Notes: generated by a model not told the origin, from the sequence alone. Shown: positions 10,376 through 21,188, numbered from the stretch's first letter. The stretch: 64,000 nt of DNA from an uncultured Bacteroidales bacterium (GCA_963739685.1 CAVUAX010000002.1:71290-135289); one strand, 5' to 3'. Program-made: numbers and translations.

Positions 10376-11806
10376 TCAGACTTTAATACTAACCCGATCG
10401 CTAAGATATTGCACTGTTCCTACTTCAATAAAGGAAAAACCGGATCCGCCTGAAAAGTTTCCTGCAAGCACAACAATTATATCATCGTTTTTAAGGTTAT
10501 GGGTTGTTACAAGATTTTTTAAAGCGATATGAATGAATTCATCTACAGAGTTCCTTTTTACCTGGTAACTTGCATAAACACCGTATGAAAGAGCTAATTG
10601 CCTCATAGTTTTTTTTGAATAGCACTGCGCCATTACAAGTTTAATGCCTCTGTAAGAAGCCATATCCCTGATGGTTCTGCCTCCCATGGTATCAGTTATT
10701 ATACCCCTTGCTCCTATTCTGACAGAAGTTTTAACAGCAACTTTTGCAAGGTAAGCTGAAATTTCGCCGGTAACATTCACATATGGAATTTCATGGAATT
10801 TTTCCTTATTGTTTTCCACCTCCAGAGCCACTTTTGTCATTGTCTTAACAGATTCTACCGGGAATTTTCCGAATGCTGTCTCACCGCTTAACATTATTGC
10901 ATCAGTCTGGGAATATATTGCGCTTGCGATATCACTTACTTCGGCACGCGTGGGCCGTGGGCTGATTATCATTGAATGAAGCATCTGAGTGGCAATAATG
11001 ACCGGCTTTCTCATGTAAATACAGCGTGAAATTATCGTCTTCTGTAAACCCGGGATCTTTTCGTAAGGAATCTCTATTGCCAGATCACCCCTGGCTACCA
11101 TAATCCCATAAACATTATCGAGTATCTCCCCGAAATTCTCCACCCCTTCGTGATTCTCTATCTTGGCAATTATTTTTATTTCACTATTATAGCTATCCAA
11201 AACTTTCTGAACATCAATAATATCCTGTTGTGATCTCACAAAGGAATGAGCAATAAAATCAACATCATTCTCAACAGACATTTTAATGAAGTCTCTGTCT
11301 TTATCCGTAAGTGAGGGGAGAGCTATCTTTACACCCGGAATATTTACACTTTTTCTCGATCCCAACATACCATCATTATCTGCAAAACATTCGAGAGCTT
11401 CACCATTCTTCCTGATAACATTCAGTTGAATATCCCCATCATCTATCAAAATTGAAGACCCCAAAGGAACAACTGATGAGAAAGACTTATAAGTGACATA
11501 GATTGACTTTTCTGTGGTTTTTTTTTCAGGATCTCCAATAATCCTGTATATGTCTCCTTTTTTAATCTGAACTGGAGTATCACAAATTGTAGTGCGGATC
11601 TCAGGACCCTTGGTATCTATTAGAATTGCAATCTTATCGGATACTTTCCTGGTGTTGTTTATAATTTTCAGTGCCCCCTCAATATCAAGATGGGCCGAAT
11701 TGATCCTTACAATATCCATCCCTGCTTCAAAAAGTTGACTCAGGAATTCGGTGGAACAGTTCTTGTCTGAAATAGTTGCAACTATTTTAGTTCTTTTCCT
11801 TTCCAT
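10376..11806 (-). CDS. pyk: Pyruvate kinase
   Basis: 476 aa. Motifs TKIVATI, VRINSAHL, DTKGPEIRT, MVARGDLAIEI. Confidence 0.93.
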   Translation of the reverse strand: MERKRTKIVATISDKNCSTEFLSQLFEAGMDIVRINSAHLDIEGALKIINNTRKVSDKIAILIDTKGPEIRTTICDTPVQIKKGDIYRIIGDPEKKTTEKSIYVTYKSFSSVVPLGSSILIDDGDIQLNVIRKNGEALECFADNDGMLGSRKSVNIPGVKIALPSLTDKDRDFIKMSVENDVDFIAHSFVRSQQDIIDVQKVLDSYNSEIKIIAKIENHEGVENFGEILDNVYGIMVARGDLAIEIPYEKIPGLQKTIISRCIYMRKPVIIATQMLHSMIISPRPTRAEVSDIASAIYSQTDAIMLSGETAFGKFPVESVKTMTKVALEVENNKEKFHEIPYVNVTGEISAYLAKVAVKTSVRIGARGIITDTMGGRTIRDMASYRGIKLVMAQCYSKKTMRQLALSYGVYASYQVKRNSVDEFIHIALKNLVTTHNLKNDDIIVVLAGNFSGGSGFSFIEVGTVQYLSDRVSIKV

Positions 11807-12246
11807 TATTTATTATTACTGTAACCATATTTTATTATAAGTGCCTCAACAGCAAGCCTGTAACTATCCAGGCCAAACCCCATAATACTCCCGGCACAAT
11901 TTTTGCCTGTAAGGCTCATGTGGCGAAATTCTTCCCTTGCCATGATATTTGTTATATGTACTTCAACAACAGGGCTCTTAACAGAGGCAATCGCATCCGC
12001 AATCGAGACAGAGGTATGGGTATAACCTCCTGCATTAAGAATAATTCCATCATATGAAAAACCAACTTTATGAATTTCATTTATCAACTCACCCTCAACG
12101 TTAGACTGAAAATACTCAAATTCAACATCAGGGTAAAGAGACCTTAGGTTAATAAGGTATTGTTCAAAAGATGTAACGCCATATTTTTCTGGTTCTCTCT
12201 TTCCAAGAAGGTTTAGATTAGGCCCGTTAATGATCTCAATTTTCAT
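11806..12246 (-). CDS. aroQ: Type II 3-dehydroquinate dehydratase
   Basis: 146 aa. Motifs INGPNLNLLGKREPEKYG, NAGGYTHTSV, VEVHITNI. The stop overlaps the pyk ATG by 1 nt (TAATG). Confidence 0.9.
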   Translation of the reverse strand: MKIEIINGPNLNLLGKREPEKYGVTSFEQYLINLRSLYPDVEFEYFQSNVEGELINEIHKVGFSYDGIILNAGGYTHTSVSIADAIASVKSPVVEVHITNIMAREEFRHMSLTGKNCAGSIMGFGLDSYRLAVEALIIKYGYSNNK

Positions 12247-12387
12247 CCCAATAATATTTTAAGAAGTTATTAACTGACAAAAATAGATAAAAAAATAAGG
12301 AGAAGGTGGCAGTCAGGTTAAATACAATAGAATTTTCTTAATTCTGATTTAAATTATACTTTTATGTAATGCAACCTTATAAATAAT

Positions 12388-13287
12388 ATGAATTTTACCT
12401 GGAACCGGGCGTTAAAAGATTTCGAAACATTTCTGAGGCTTGAAAAATCACTATCGGAGAATAGTATTGCAGCCTATTTGAATGATGTCCTAAAGCTTGA
12501 AAGATATTTCACTGAATCCGGAAGAACTAATGGTCCTGATAAAGTCAGTTATTCTGACCTGAAAGAATTTCTTGTCTGGTTTGGAGATGAAAATCAAAAT
12601 GCCCGGACACAATCCCGCGTATTGTCAGGCATCAGGGCCTTTTTTAAATTTTTACTGATTGAAGGTGAGATAGAGGTGAATCCTTCCTCATTGCTGGAAT
12701 CTCCAAAAACAGGACTAAAGCTGCCTGAAGTACTTTCGATAATTGAAATTGACCGGATGATAGGGGTAATTGATCTTAGTAAACCGGAGGGCCACAGGAA
12801 CAAGGCAATTATTGAAACTCTGTATGGTTGCGGGCTGCGCGTTTCCGAGCTAATTAATCTTCGTCTGACTGACATTCACTATGGAGAAGGATTCATCAGG
12901 GTTACGGGGAAAGGTAATAAGCAGAGGCTTGTTCCTGTAAGTAATAAAGCATTGAATGAAATAGATAATTACAAGCATTTCAGGAACAAACTTCCGGTAA
13001 TATATGACCAGAATATTCTCTTCCTTAACAGAAGGGGATCAGGCCTGACGAGAGCCATGATCTTTACTATAATTAAGGATCTTGCAGAAAAAGCCGGTAT
13101 TTTAAAAAAAATAAGCCCTCATACTTTTCGTCACTCATTTGCAACCCACATGATCGAAGCGGGTGCGGATCTGAGAGCTGTCCAGGAAATGCTTGGACAT
13201 GAATCTATTCTGACTACCGAAATATATACGCATATTGACCGTAGTTTTTTACGTGATACGCTAATATTGTTCCATCCCCGGTCATGA
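12388..13287 (+). CDS. xerD: Tyrosine site-specific recombinase XerD-like
   Basis: 299 aa. Catalytic pattern GLRVSEL...HTFRHSFATHM...LGHESILTTEIYTH. Confidence 0.85.
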   Translation: MNFTWNRALKDFETFLRLEKSLSENSIAAYLNDVLKLERYFTESGRTNGPDKVSYSDLKEFLVWFGDENQNARTQSRVLSGIRAFFKFLLIEGEIEVNPSSLLESPKTGLKLPEVLSIIEIDRMIGVIDLSKPEGHRNKAIIETLYGCGLRVSELINLRLTDIHYGEGFIRVTGKGNKQRLVPVSNKALNEIDNYKHFRNKLPVIYDQNILFLNRRGSGLTRAMIFTIIKDLAEKAGILKKISPHTFRHSFATHMIEAGADLRAVQEMLGHESILTTEIYTHIDRSFLRDTLILFHPRS

Positions 13288-13323
13288 AAACCAAACGGGT
13301 TTCAAAAATTCAATTTAAAATAT

Positions 13324-13331
13324 TAACTTTG
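13324..13331 (+). promoter_or_regulatory. Candidate -7 box TAACTTTG (TAnnTTTG) for ppdK
   Basis: Motif lies 52 nt upstream of the ATG at 13383. Confidence 0.4.
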
Positions 13332-13382
13332 CGCCTTATTTTGCAAAATCAATAATTTTTAATTATCCAAATCAATAGAATT

Positions 13383-16109
13383 ATGTCAAAGATTAAAAGA
13401 GTTTATTCCTTCGGCAAAAAAATGGCAGAGGGTAAAGCAGACATGAAAAACCTTCTCGGAGGAAAAGGTGCTAACCTTGCAGAAATGTGCCTGTTGGGCC
13501 TCCCGGTACCAGCCGGTTTCACTATCACAACCGATGCCTGCAACGAATATTACAAGAACGATTGCACCCTTCCATCTGATCTGATGCCTGAAGTATGGGA
13601 AGCAATGAAGAAGACTGAAGAGACAATGAACATGAAATACGGAGATCCGGATAACGCTCTTCTGGTTTCATGCCGTTCGGGAGCCCGCAGCTCTATGCCT
13701 GGTATGATGGACACAGTCCTCAATCTCGGACTATGCTCAAAAACGATCCCTGGCTTTCTGAAGAAAACAAATAACCCGCGTTTTGTATGGGATTCATACC
13801 GGCGTTTAATTATGATGTATGCCGACGTGGTTATGGAAAAAGCTGAAGGAATAGAAATGGGTGAAGGAAAAGGAATACGGAAACAACTTGACGAACATCT
13901 TGATAAATTTAAAAAAGGAAAAGGTTATCAATCAGATACTGATATATCGGCAGAAGAATTGCAGGTTCTTTCCGAAGATTTTAAGAAAATAGTTAAAGCT
14001 GCCCTGGGGAAACCTTTTCCTGATGATGCTAAAGAACAACTTGAAGGAAGTATAAAAGCCGTATTTAAAAGCTGGAATGGTAAAAAAGCTGTTTCATACC
14101 GTCGGATAGAAGGTATTCCTGATGACTGGGGAACTGCAGTAAATGTTCAGGCAATGGTATTTGGCAATATGGGTGACACATCAGCAACAGGGGTAGCATT
14201 TACCCGTAATCCTGCAACAGGTGACAACCTGTTCTATGGTGAGTGGCTGATTAACGCACAGGGAGAAGACGTTGTGGCAGGTATCCGTACTCCCAATCCC
14301 CTTAACAATGACACAAAAAATGAACAGAATACGCATCTCCACAGTTTACAGGAGGCAATGCCAGCTACATATAAAGAATTAAGTGATATACGTAATATCC
14401 TGGAGAATTCGTTCCATGATATGCTTGATATTGAATTCACAATACAGGAGGGTATTCTTTATATGCTACAGTGCCGTACAGGTAAGAGAACCGGAACTGC
14501 TGCACTTAACATGGCAATGGACATGCTCCATGAAAAATTAATCGATGAAAAAACTGCAACTATGCGTGTTAATCCTGTACAGCTGGATGAACTTCTTCAT
14601 CCAATCTGCGATCCGGATGCCGAAAAGAAAGTTAAACCCATGGTGAAGGGTCTTCCAGCCGGTCCGGGAGCAGCAGTGGGGAAAGTTGTTTTCAATGCTG
14701 AAGACGCTGTTGCATGGCTCCGAAAGGGAGAAAAAGTCATCCTGCTCCGAGAAGAGACTAATCCAGAGGATGTTGAAGGTATGCGTGCTGCTGAAGGAAT
14801 TCTTACTGCAAGAGGTGGTATGACATCTCACGCTGCACTTGTTGCACGTGGCTGGGGTAAGTGCTGCATTGTCGGTGCAGGTGCTCTTAACGTTGACGCT
14901 GCAAAAAAAACAGCTAAAATTACCGGTTCAGACATAGTGATAAAAGAGGGGGATGTTCTTACACTTAACGGAACAAAAGGAAATGTTTACACAGGTGCAA
15001 TAACTCTTATGGACGCTACTGAAAATCCAAGATTTCAGGAGTTCATGAAGATTGTTGATAAATACCGTAAAATGGGTGTACGTACCAATGCTGAGACACC
15101 TGAAGATGCAATTATTGCACGTAATTATGGTGCTGAAGGTATTGGTCTTTTCCGTACTGAGCATATGTTTTATGGCGTGGGTTCCGAGGCTCCTTTATTC
15201 CTTCTCCGCAAAATGATCCTGAGTGCAAATGAAGCTGAACGCCGTAAAGCCCTCGATGAACTTTTTACATATGTTAAAAAAGATATGAAAGAAACCATGT
15301 CAGCCATGGACGGACTACCTGTTACATTCAGGCTCCTCGACCCTCCTCTTCATGAATTTGTACCACAGGGTGCTGAAAAACAGGAAGAGCTTGCAAAAGC
15401 TCTTGGCATTAAAAAAGAAGATATCGCAAAACGCGGTGAGGCTCTGCATGAGTCAAACCCTATGATGGGGCATCGTGGAGTACGCCTTGGAATAACATTC
15501 CCTGAAATTTCAGAAATGCAGATCCGGGCAATATTTGAATCCTCGCTGGAACTTATTAATGAAGGTAAAAAACCCCATCCCGAAATAATGGTCCCTGTAA
15601 CATGCGACGTTACTGAAATTGATTATACCAAGAAAATTGTTGACAAGGTATTTGCAGAAGTATGTAAAAAATTCGGAGTTAAAACAATTGAATATAAATA
15701 TGGTACAATGATTGAGATACCACGTGCCTGCCTGCTCTCCGACCGTATGGCAAAAACTGCTGAATTTTTCTCTTTCGGGACAAACGACTTAACCCAGATG
15801 TCATTTGGTTTCAGCCGTGATGATACTGGCGGATTCCTCCACGATTATCTCGACAAAAAGATTTTATCTGCTGACCCCTTCCAGACTATTGACCAGGATG
15901 GTGTAGGACAATTGATTACGATGTCGGTTGAAAAAGGACGTTCAACCCGGCCCGATCTGAAAGTAGGTATCTGTGGCGAACAGGGAGGGGATCCCGCATC
16001 TGTTGAATTCTGTTTCAAGGCAGGACTGACCTATGTCAGTTGTTCTCCATTCAGAGTACCAATTGCGAGACTGGCTGCAGCTCAGGCTTCAATAAAATTC
16101 GGAAAGTAA
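13383..16109 (+). CDS. ppdK: Pyruvate, phosphate dikinase
   Basis: 908 aa. ATP-grasp N-terminus, phosphohistidine swivel GGMTSHAALVARG, and PEP-utilising TIM barrel FFSFGTNDLTQ and CGEQGGDP. Confidence 0.95.
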   Translation: MSKIKRVYSFGKKMAEGKADMKNLLGGKGANLAEMCLLGLPVPAGFTITTDACNEYYKNDCTLPSDLMPEVWEAMKKTEETMNMKYGDPDNALLVSCRSGARSSMPGMMDTVLNLGLCSKTIPGFLKKTNNPRFVWDSYRRLIMMYADVVMEKAEGIEMGEGKGIRKQLDEHLDKFKKGKGYQSDTDISAEELQVLSEDFKKIVKAALGKPFPDDAKEQLEGSIKAVFKSWNGKKAVSYRRIEGIPDDWGTAVNVQAMVFGNMGDTSATGVAFTRNPATGDNLFYGEWLINAQGEDVVAGIRTPNPLNNDTKNEQNTHLHSLQEAMPATYKELSDIRNILENSFHDMLDIEFTIQEGILYMLQCRTGKRTGTAALNMAMDMLHEKLIDEKTATMRVNPVQLDELLHPICDPDAEKKVKPMVKGLPAGPGAAVGKVVFNAEDAVAWLRKGEKVILLREETNPEDVEGMRAAEGILTARGGMTSHAALVARGWGKCCIVGAGALNVDAAKKTAKITGSDIVIKEGDVLTLNGTKGNVYTGAITLMDATENPRFQEFMKIVDKYRKMGVRTNAETPEDAIIARNYGAEGIGLFRTEHMFYGVGSEAPLFLLRKMILSANEAERRKALDELFTYVKKDMKETMSAMDGLPVTFRLLDPPLHEFVPQGAEKQEELAKALGIKKEDIAKRGEALHESNPMMGHRGVRLGITFPEISEMQIRAIFESSLELINEGKKPHPEIMVPVTCDVTEIDYTKKIVDKVFAEVCKKFGVKTIEYKYGTMIEIPRACLLSDRMAKTAEFFSFGTNDLTQMSFGFSRDDTGGFLHDYLDKKILSADPFQTIDQDGVGQLITMSVEKGRSTRPDLKVGICGEQGGDPASVEFCFKAGLTYVSCSPFRVPIARLAAAQASIKFGK

Positions 16110-16135
16110 ACCATCCGGAAATATTAAAAATGAAT

Positions 16136-16176
16136 AAAGAGGCTGTCTCAAAAGTGATGCCAGCCTCTTTTTCTTT
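16136..16176 (+). terminator. Rho-independent terminator after ppdK
   Basis: Perfect 10-bp stem aaagaggctg / cagcctcttt (16136-16145 / 16161-16170), followed by a T-rich run. Confidence 0.7.
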
Positions 16177-16520
16177 GTTATTATTCGTACTTCTTTACTG
16201 GAAGTATTTCAAATATCCAATTCTCCGGAAAAATAAATTGACTTTTGCTGCATCTTATTCCTTTTCATGCCGGCACTTTAAGCTTTTAATAACGAAAATT
16301 TTCAGGACTTTCAAAGTTTTATTAATTCTGAAGTTAACAAACCGATTTCTTCAAAAATTTAATTTATATTAGCCCGGTGATATACGCAAAATCAACAGTA
16401 CATCATATGTTATGCATATCAAATTTTTATTTTATTGAAAATCAAGCCCCTTAAAACTATAATTACCGAAAAACAGGTAAAATTATTTATGTTAATTTTA
16501 AATTAAACAAAACTAAATTA

Positions 16521-18143
16521 ATGATGATTTCCCCAGCAGAATTAAGAAAATATGGCATTGAGAATGTAACTGAGGTAGTTTATAATCCTGATTACAACAC
16601 GCTTTTTGCAGAAGAAACCAGGCCAGGGCTAAGTAACCAGGAGAAAGGTATTATAACAAAATCCGGTGCTGTCTCAGTTGATACAGGAGCTTTTACCGGT
16701 CGTTCACCTAAAGATAAATATGTGGTTCTCGACGAGATGACAAAAGATACAGTATGGTGGAAATCGGATAAAGCAAAAGTCTCGGATAACAAACCAATTT
16801 CACACAAGATCTGGGAGCATTGTAAAAATTTGTCGGTCAGGCAATTGTCTGGAAAGAAACTTTATGTGATTGATTGTTTCAGCGGTACCAATCTTTCTAC
16901 CCGGCTTAAGGTCAGATTTATTATGGAGGTTGCATGGCAGGCACATTTTGTAAAAAATATGTTCATCAGACCTGAACCGGAATATCTGGAAAATTTCAAT
17001 CCGGATTTTGTTGTTCTTAATGCATCCAAAGCAGTTAATCCCGACTGGAAGGAACAGGGTCTTCATTCCGAGAACTTTGTCTTCTTTAACCTTACTGAAG
17101 GAATGGCAGTGATAGGTGGTACATGGTATGGAGGAGAGATGAAGAAGGGCATTTTCTCTGTTATGAATTATTATCTGCCCCTGAAAGAAATTGCCTCAAT
17201 GCACTGCTCGGCCAATGTGAGTAAAAATGGCGATGTTGCCTTATTCTTCGGACTCTCCGGAACGGGGAAAACGACCCTCTCAACTGATCCCGACAGGGCA
17301 CTGATAGGTGATGATGAGCATGGCTGGGACGATGAAGGCATCTTTAATTTTGAAGGTGGTTGTTATGCAAAATGTATTAAACTCAGCAAAAAAAATGAAC
17401 CTGATATTTACCATGCCATCAAACGGGATGCCTTACTAGAAAACCTGGTGGTGAAGTCAGATGGCACTATAGATTTCAATGATGATTCAAAGACCGAAAA
17501 CACCAGGGTTTCGTATCCTATCTACCATATCAATAATATTGTAAAACCTGTATCAAAGGCAGGGCATGCAAAAAAAGTTATCTTTCTTACGGCCGACACT
17601 TTTGGTGTCTTACCTCCTGTCAGCCGGTTGACTGAAGAACAGACGAAGTACTATTTCCTGAGCGGATACACTGCTAAAGTAGCAGGAACTGAGAGAGGAA
17701 TAATTGAACCTGTGCCCTCATTTTCCGCCTGCTTCGGGGCAGCATTTCTTATGCTCGATCCTATTATTTATGCAAATGAATTAACCAGAAAGATGAAACA
17801 GTATAATACTGAAGCCTGGCTGGTAAATACAGGCTGGATGGGAGGACCGTACGGAACCGGGAACCGTATCGATTTACCTTCAACACGGAGGATCATTAAT
17901 GCAATTCTTGATGACTCTATAAATAACAGTGAATTCACCAAGCTCCCTGTCTTCAATTTAAATATTCCGGTAAAAGTTACTGGAGTTGACGATAACATAC
18001 TTGATCCGGGAAAATCATGGCACTCAACTACGAACTGGCATCTTGCAGCAACAGATCTGGCCCTTAAATTCATAAATAATTTCAGTAAGTTTACGGTAAA
18101 TGAAGAAATTTTAAGGTTAGTAGATTGCGGTCCGAAGATCTGA
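16521..18143 (+). CDS. pckA: Phosphoenolpyruvate carboxykinase (ATP)
   Basis: 540 aa. Motifs [37 protein letters not shown]. Confidence 0.95.
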   Translation: MMISPAELRKYGIENVTEVVYNPDYNTLFAEETRPGLSNQEKGIITKSGAVSVDTGAFTGRSPKDKYVVLDEMTKDTVWWKSDKAKVSDNKPISHKIWEHCKNLSVRQLSGKKLYVIDCFSGTNLSTRLKVRFIMEVAWQAHFVKNMFIRPEPEYLENFNPDFVVLNASKAVNPDWKEQGLHSENFVFFNLTEGMAVIGGTWYGGEMKKGIFSVMNYYLPLKEIASMHCSANVSKNGDVALFFGLSGTGKTTLSTDPDRALIGDDEHGWDDEGIFNFEGGCYAKCIKLSKKNEPDIYHAIKRDALLENLVVKSDGTIDFNDDSKTENTRVSYPIYHINNIVKPVSKAGHAKKVIFLTADTFGVLPPVSRLTEEQTKYYFLSGYTAKVAGTERGIIEPVPSFSACFGAAFLMLDPIIYANELTRKMKQYNTEAWLVNTGWMGGPYGTGNRIDLPSTRRIINAILDDSINNSEFTKLPVFNLNIPVKVTGVDDNILDPGKSWHSTTNWHLAATDLALKFINNFSKFTVNEEILRLVDCGPKI

Positions 18144-18190
18144 TATCAGAAGTAAGAAAATAGTTTGTTGGCTTCTTAAAATTGGAAAGC

Positions 18191-18832
18191 ATGATCATAT
18201 TTAATTTTTTCATTGCATTTTTGCTTGCCTATTTGCTTGGGTCTGTTCCGGCAGCAGTATGGATAGGAAAAAAGTTTCACGGGATAGATGTGAGAGAACA
18301 TGGTAGTCACAACGCAGGTACAACAAATGTAATAAGGGTGCTGGGATGGAAAACAGGGATTCCTGTCCTTGTGATTGATGTTTCCAAAGGATGGCTGGCA
18401 TCCATGCTCCCACTCTTTCTGAATCTTGCATCATCTGACACTGCCAGTATGACCAACCTCAAGATACTCACGGGTCTTACAGCAATTATTGGTCATATAT
18501 TTCCTTTATTTGCCGGATTCAGGGGTGGAAAAGGAGTTGCTACTTTTTTCGGGGTACTGCTTGCCGTACAGCCACTACTTACAATAAGTTGTTTCGGGGT
18601 GTTCCTTATTGTGCTTTTAACCACAGGTATTGTATCGGTTTCATCAATGAGTGCAGGAATAGCATTTCCTGTCTTACTCTTTTTATTTTTTGAAAATCCT
18701 TCAATAATTCTCAAAGTATTTTCAATTCTGGTTGCCATGGCGCTGCTTATAACTCACAGGAAAAACATAGGCAGACTGCTGAGAGGGGAAGAATCGAGGC
18801 TTATAAAACGTGGTAAAAAGATCAAACATTAA
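18191..18832 (+). CDS. plsY: Glycerol-3-phosphate acyltransferase PlsY
   Basis: Motifs YLLGSVP, HGSHNAGTTNV, FRGGKGVAT, with multiple TM segments. The start is moved from the TTG at 18182 to the ATG at 18191. Confidence 0.85.
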   Translation: MIIFNFFIAFLLAYLLGSVPAAVWIGKKFHGIDVREHGSHNAGTTNVIRVLGWKTGIPVLVIDVSKGWLASMLPLFLNLASSDTASMTNLKILTGLTAIIGHIFPLFAGFRGGKGVATFFGVLLAVQPLLTISCFGVFLIVLLTTGIVSVSSMSAGIAFPVLLFLFFENPSIILKVFSILVAMALLITHRKNIGRLLRGEESRLIKRGKKIKH

Positions 18833-18925
18833 GCTGGCAATAAAATCTCCCCGGCTTTTAATCTGTGATCATAGTTATGTTTAAGAATTATTTCCCCGGA
18901 ATGAAACATCGCCCAGGTGATCTTT

Positions 18926-19888
18926 TTAAAACTGTTCCAGTAACTGAATCCTTTTACTGATGGGAGGATGTGTATCAAAAAACGAGCTCAACGAGAAAGA
19001 ATTACTTTTTTCTTTTACCTGAGGATTCTCAATAAACATCTGGGCGACATCTTTTCTTTTCACAGCTTCAATAGTAGGGTCAGCTGAAATTTTTCTTAAG
19101 GCTGAAGCAAGAGCAAGAGGGTTTCTGGTTAGTTCAGCTGCGCCGGCATCAGCAAGATATTCACGTTTTCGGGAAAGGGCAAACCTGAAGAGAGTAGCTA
19201 TCAAAAAACCGAAAGCCGCAAGAAGCATTGCAATAACAATACCTGCACCACCTTTCTTACCTCTGCCAATTGCTCCAAACCTCATTGACCGGAATAAGGT
19301 TTGAGAAATAAATGCAAAAATGCCGACAAACACTATAGATATTATAAGCAACCTGACGTCCCGGTTCCTGATATGAGTAAGTTCATGAGCAATGACAGAT
19401 TCCAGTTCCTGATCATTAAGCCTGTCAATAATTCCTCTTGAAAGAGAAATTGAAAAGGTTTTGGAGTTAATTCCACTGGCAAATGCATTCAATGAGTCAT
19501 CCTCTATTATGTTAATTTTAGGCATTGTCATTCCGGTTGAAATACAGAGATTTTCCACCAGGTTATAAACCCGCTTGTTATCATTTCTGGCTAATGGTTT
19601 TGAGTCAGTAGCAGCATTAATCATTGCTGAATGAGAGAACCATGCAACTGTGAACCAGATCATTACCCCAATTGTAATCCAGGGTATCGTCATGAGAAAA
19701 TTATGATTTATGTTTTCAGCATGCATAAATTGCTGTTGATCATATGTATTAAGGTATCCCTTGCCAAACGAGGTGAAAAAAAAGAAAAGCCAGGTAAGTC
19801 CGTAAAATATAACCGGGAACATCAGCAGGATCAGAACTGAATTTGTATTATTCTTCCTGATCTGGCTCTGCAGGCCAAAATACTTCAT
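18926..19888 (-). CDS. M48 family zinc metallopeptidase (HtpX-like, membrane)
   Basis: 320 aa. HExxH motif (AHELTHIRNRD), TM segments, C-terminal THPPISKR. Confidence 0.85.
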   Translation of the reverse strand: MKYFGLQSQIRKNNTNSVLILLMFPVIFYGLTWLFFFFTSFGKGYLNTYDQQQFMHAENINHNFLMTIPWITIGVMIWFTVAWFSHSAMINAATDSKPLARNDNKRVYNLVENLCISTGMTMPKINIIEDDSLNAFASGINSKTFSISLSRGIIDRLNDQELESVIAHELTHIRNRDVRLLIISIVFVGIFAFISQTLFRSMRFGAIGRGKKGGAGIVIAMLLAAFGFLIATLFRFALSRKREYLADAGAAELTRNPLALASALRKISADPTIEAVKRKDVAQMFIENPQVKEKSNSFSLSSFFDTHPPISKRIQLLEQF

Positions 19889-19891
19889 TTT

Positions 19892-20452
19892 TCAGAATTT
19901 GATTTCAGGTGGTTGTTCTGCAGTCGCTCGCTGATCGCCCAGGTCGAACATAAGTTCACGCTTAAAGTTGAACAGGGTTGCTATCATATTAGACGGGAAG
20001 AGTTCCGTCGCAACATTAAGTTCTTTTGTAGCAGAATTGAAAAATCTCCGGGCTGCAGCTATTTTATTTTCAACATCAGCTATCTCCTTCTGAAGATCCA
20101 TAAAATTCTGGCTTGCTTTAAGATCGGGATATGCTTCAACAGAGACTTTTAATCCTTCCAATGCAGTTGAGAGACGGTTTTCGGCAACTATTTTCTCATT
20201 AATTGTTGTTGCTTTCATAGCGCTTGCGCGCGCTTCTGTTACCGTCGTTAGAACTCCACGCTCATGTCCCATATACCCTTTTACTGTATCCACAAGCTGA
20301 GGAATCATATCATGCCTCTGCTTTAACTGAACATCAACGTCAGCAAATGCTTGTTCCCTGATATTTCTGAGTTTCACAAGCCTGTTATACAATGATATAG
20401 CCATAAAAACCATCAGGAAAATAATACCAAGAAAAATCAGAATTACAATCAT
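19892..20452 (-). CDS. lemA: LemA family protein
   Basis: 186 aa. Single N-terminal TM followed by a LemA-type helical region (YNRLV...RN...AF..VDVQLKQR.D.IP.LV). Lies 3 nt upstream of the M48 peptidase gene. Confidence 0.85.
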   Translation of the reverse strand: MIVILIFLGIIFLMVFMAISLYNRLVKLRNIREQAFADVDVQLKQRHDMIPQLVDTVKGYMGHERGVLTTVTEARASAMKATTINEKIVAENRLSTALEGLKVSVEAYPDLKASQNFMDLQKEIADVENKIAAARRFFNSATKELNVATELFPSNMIATLFNFKRELMFDLGDQRATAEQPPEIKF

Positions 20453-20542
20453 TTTTTTATTTTTTAGTTTGAATATAATATTCTCCTCATAAAATTAAGA
20501 AATAAAGATATTATTTTTTGCTATATTTATACGCATTGACAC

Positions 20543-20557
20543 TAATGATAATTATTA
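20543..20557. promoter_or_regulatory. 7-1-7 inverted repeat TAATGAT-A-ATTATTA, a Fur/PerR-type operator candidate
   Basis: The two half-sites are complementary at 6 of 7 positions. Lies 34 nt upstream of the rubrerythrin ATG. Confidence 0.3.
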
Positions 20558-20590
20558 ATTCCCATAATTTTAATTTTAAATCCACCAGAT

Positions 20591-21169
20591 ATGGAAAAGA
20601 ATTTGAAAGGTACCAAAACTGAAAAAAATCTGCTTAAGGCTTTTGCTGGAGAATCACAGGCAAAGAACAGGTATGAATTTGCAGCAAAAGTTGCAAAAGA
20701 AGAGGGCTATGAACAGATTTCAGGCATTTTTCTTGAGACAGCACTTCAGGAACAACAACATGCAAAACGGTTTTTCAGGTTTCTGGAAGGCGGTATGGTT
20801 GAGATAACTGCATCATATCCTGCAGGAACAACAATGATTACAAAGGACAACCTTGAAGCTGCTGCTGAAGGAGAGCATGAAGAGTGGAGCGATCTCTATC
20901 CCACATTTGCTGAAGTGGCAGAAAAAGAAGGCTTCAAAAATATCTCGGCAGCTTTTAAAGCAATTGCATCAGCCGAAAAAGTACATGAAGAAAGATATAG
21001 AAAACTCCTGGATAATATTATGAAAGACAAGGTTTTTGAACGTGATGAGAAAGTCTTCTGGTATTGCAGAAAATGCGGTTATGTTCATTTCGGAACCAAA
21101 CCATTGAAAAACTGTCCGGCATGCCTTCACCCCTTCAGTTATTTTGAAATTAAAGCTGAAAATTACTAG
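20591..21169 (+). CDS. rbr: Rubrerythrin
   Basis: 192 aa. Ferritin-like diiron ExxH motifs (EQQHAKRF, EKVHEERY) plus C-terminal rubredoxin-like CRKCG...CPAC. Confidence 0.92.
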   Translation: MEKNLKGTKTEKNLLKAFAGESQAKNRYEFAAKVAKEEGYEQISGIFLETALQEQQHAKRFFRFLEGGMVEITASYPAGTTMITKDNLEAAAEGEHEEWSDLYPTFAEVAEKEGFKNISAAFKAIASAEKVHEERYRKLLDNIMKDKVFERDEKVFWYCRKCGYVHFGTKPLKNCPACLHPFSYFEIKAENY

Positions 21170-21188
21170 TGTTTTTTATCCGGATATG

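Noticed and set aside
12388-13287. Tyrosine recombinase as a possible marker of an integrated mobile element
   Set aside because: Its length and motifs fit housekeeping XerD. It sits between aroQ-pyk and ppdK, with no att repeats, cargo or mobility genes around it. It is 17 kb from the tRNA-Ser repeats.
16040-16372. 110-aa plus-strand ORF running from the ppdK 3' end into the intergenic region
   Set aside because: It overlaps the ppdK C-terminus out of frame, crosses the strong terminator at 16136-16176, and is AT-rich low-complexity sequence.
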